Origin: the human T2T-CHM13v2.0 reference genome, Homo sapiens
DNA length: 64,000 bases
Reading direction: 5' to 3' (one strand)
Assembly: GCF_009914755.1 (NCBI RefSeq)
Contig: NC_060929.1
The position numbers were made by a program, and so were the translations under genes. Below the pieces are notes generated by a model that was not told the origin of the DNA, made no database searches, and saw nothing but the letters and a program-made list of their open reading frames with translations. Positions 34,509-64,000 of the stretch are shown here, piece after piece. Positions within the stretch are counted from its first letter, which is position 1. The number at the start of each line of letters is the position of its first letter.

Positions 34509-35664
34509 TTGTCATATATAACGTTTTTATATACAATCAGTGTGCATTGTAACAGTTTATATTAAAAGTCAATCAAGTTTATCTAAAATGTTAACCTGGC
34601 TGCATAGCACATTTGACATTATTGCCCACATAAAACGGGAAAACAAACGGATTTACAATAACTTTTGGCCGTTTTGGATTCTGAAAAGTGTTTATACACC
34701 TACCCTTTTAAACCAGATGCATCTGAAAAAAGTGTTTCCAGAGCATGCAGTTTAGATTTTACATATCTCGCCATTTTTTAAAACTACAAACACAATATTG
34801 ACTAAAAAAGGAAAAAAAAGGGAATAACATGTATCTAATAAAATATTCAGTATAAAAAGAGGACTAATGGAATTAAGTGGCCCCTTTCCCCATTTTTACA
34901 TTCTAAACAATGATTCCATCAAGACAAATCATTAAAAAGTGTTATTACACTGATTTTTTTTTTTTTAATAAGAAGGCCTGAGTTGGTAGGGAAAGGAACA
35001 GTCAAAAAAAGCCTGAGAAAGGGAAGGAAGTAAGGAAAGTTCCTTTAATATTTACAATAATTTACAGCCATTTTTTTTGTAAAAAGGCATAATAGATCAC
35101 AAACAGGAAATTCCTGGCTATTTTACAGATATAAGTACAGAATTTAAATATTCAAGCTTGTGATGAAAAGCGGCAAGGTGGTCGCAGTGTACAATGTAAA
35201 CAAGTAGCTTTGGAAATGAACAAAGTCCTTGAGTGTTTTTCTTTATTAAGAAAGAACTCTCTTTCATTCCTTCCTGAAACATGATCACAGGTCAGAGTAA
35301 AGTTCATATATAAACATAATTTAAATGGAGGTCAGTCTAAAATCACTGACTTAAAAACAGTTTTATCCAGCCTGTATGGGAGGGCAGTGTTGAGGTCCCT
35401 GTAATAGTAAACATTTTCCATTTCTTTAAAAAAGAAAACAAAAAAAAGTACTACAATTTTGTAGTACAGTGCAGCATAATCCTTAAATATAAAAATATTT
35501 TCTCTTCTGTTGGGATAATAGACCTTGCATCCTGGAAAGAAGTAACAATACTGCTACTGATAGAAGATCTGTTTATATCTTTCAAGTCATGTAAGGCAAT
35601 TACTGTGTTGGTTTATGATATATGGCTAAAAGAAAAGTCCAGAAAGACGAAGTATCAGTTTTTG

Positions 35665-62542
<26,878 letters not shown>

Positions 62543-62814
62543 TCAAAATGAAAAATTTTTCAATTGATTTTCTGAACGTAAGCAGTATGGTACTAATTAA
62601 ACAGAAAGGCAGTTTTTAAAACTAATAAACATCTAGCAAGACCAATCAACAAAAAGACTCCAAAATCAAATATATATGTTATTAACACCAAATTCAATAC
62701 AGTGTTTACTTCTGGTGAAAAAGAAAGAAAACGGGATAGGAAAGGAATGACACTTCAACTCTAACTGTAAATTTTATTTCCTTAAAAAATAAAAGGCATA
62801 TACCAAAAAAAGAA

Positions 62815-63950
<1,136 letters not shown>

Positions 63951-64000
63951 ATTTTTTTTAAAGGAAAGTGGGCTACTTTGTTGTTTTTGGGTTTTTTCTT

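Larger units (their letters stand above)
33265..35664 (-). other. CHD1: CHD1 3'UTR (long form, about 2.4 kb)
   Basis: AU-rich sequence with no recognisable interspersed repeat, running from the stop to AATAAA at 33290-33285. End position inferred. Confidence 0.7.

Noticed and set aside
34954-34969. ATTAAA running into an A tract in the 3'UTR
   Set aside because: Overlaps a genomic A13 run; likely an internal-priming artefact rather than a real poly(A) site

Overview
Human genomic DNA; the AluYb8 at 30825-31143 is a human-specific subfamily. The right half (about 33.3-62.5 kb, minus strand) is the 3' half of CHD1. I delimited 18 constitutive coding exons at GT-AG boundaries; they join in frame over 2565 nt (854 aa plus stop) and run from helicase motifs V/VI through SANT/SLIDE and CHCT to the HSDHR-repeat tail. 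There is also an in-frame 264-nt Lys/Glu-rich cassette exon and a 3'UTR with tandem poly(A) signals. The left half is intergenic and almost all repeats: L1s (one TSD-flanked copy has an internal deletion), many Alus, MLT2A and THE1 solo LTRs, a ~7 kb decayed ERV1 provirus, and a 5'-truncated CSNK1A1 processed pseudogene. I see no new multi-gene system. The best leads are the CHD1 cassette exon and its flanking motifs, an orphan ~200-bp CpG-dense element replacing part of the proviral 3' LTR, a non-Alu inverted repeat enclosing an inverted Alu pair in a CHD1 intron, and an L1 and an Alu inserted at the same nick site. Repeat subfamily names and boundaries are by eye and approximate.
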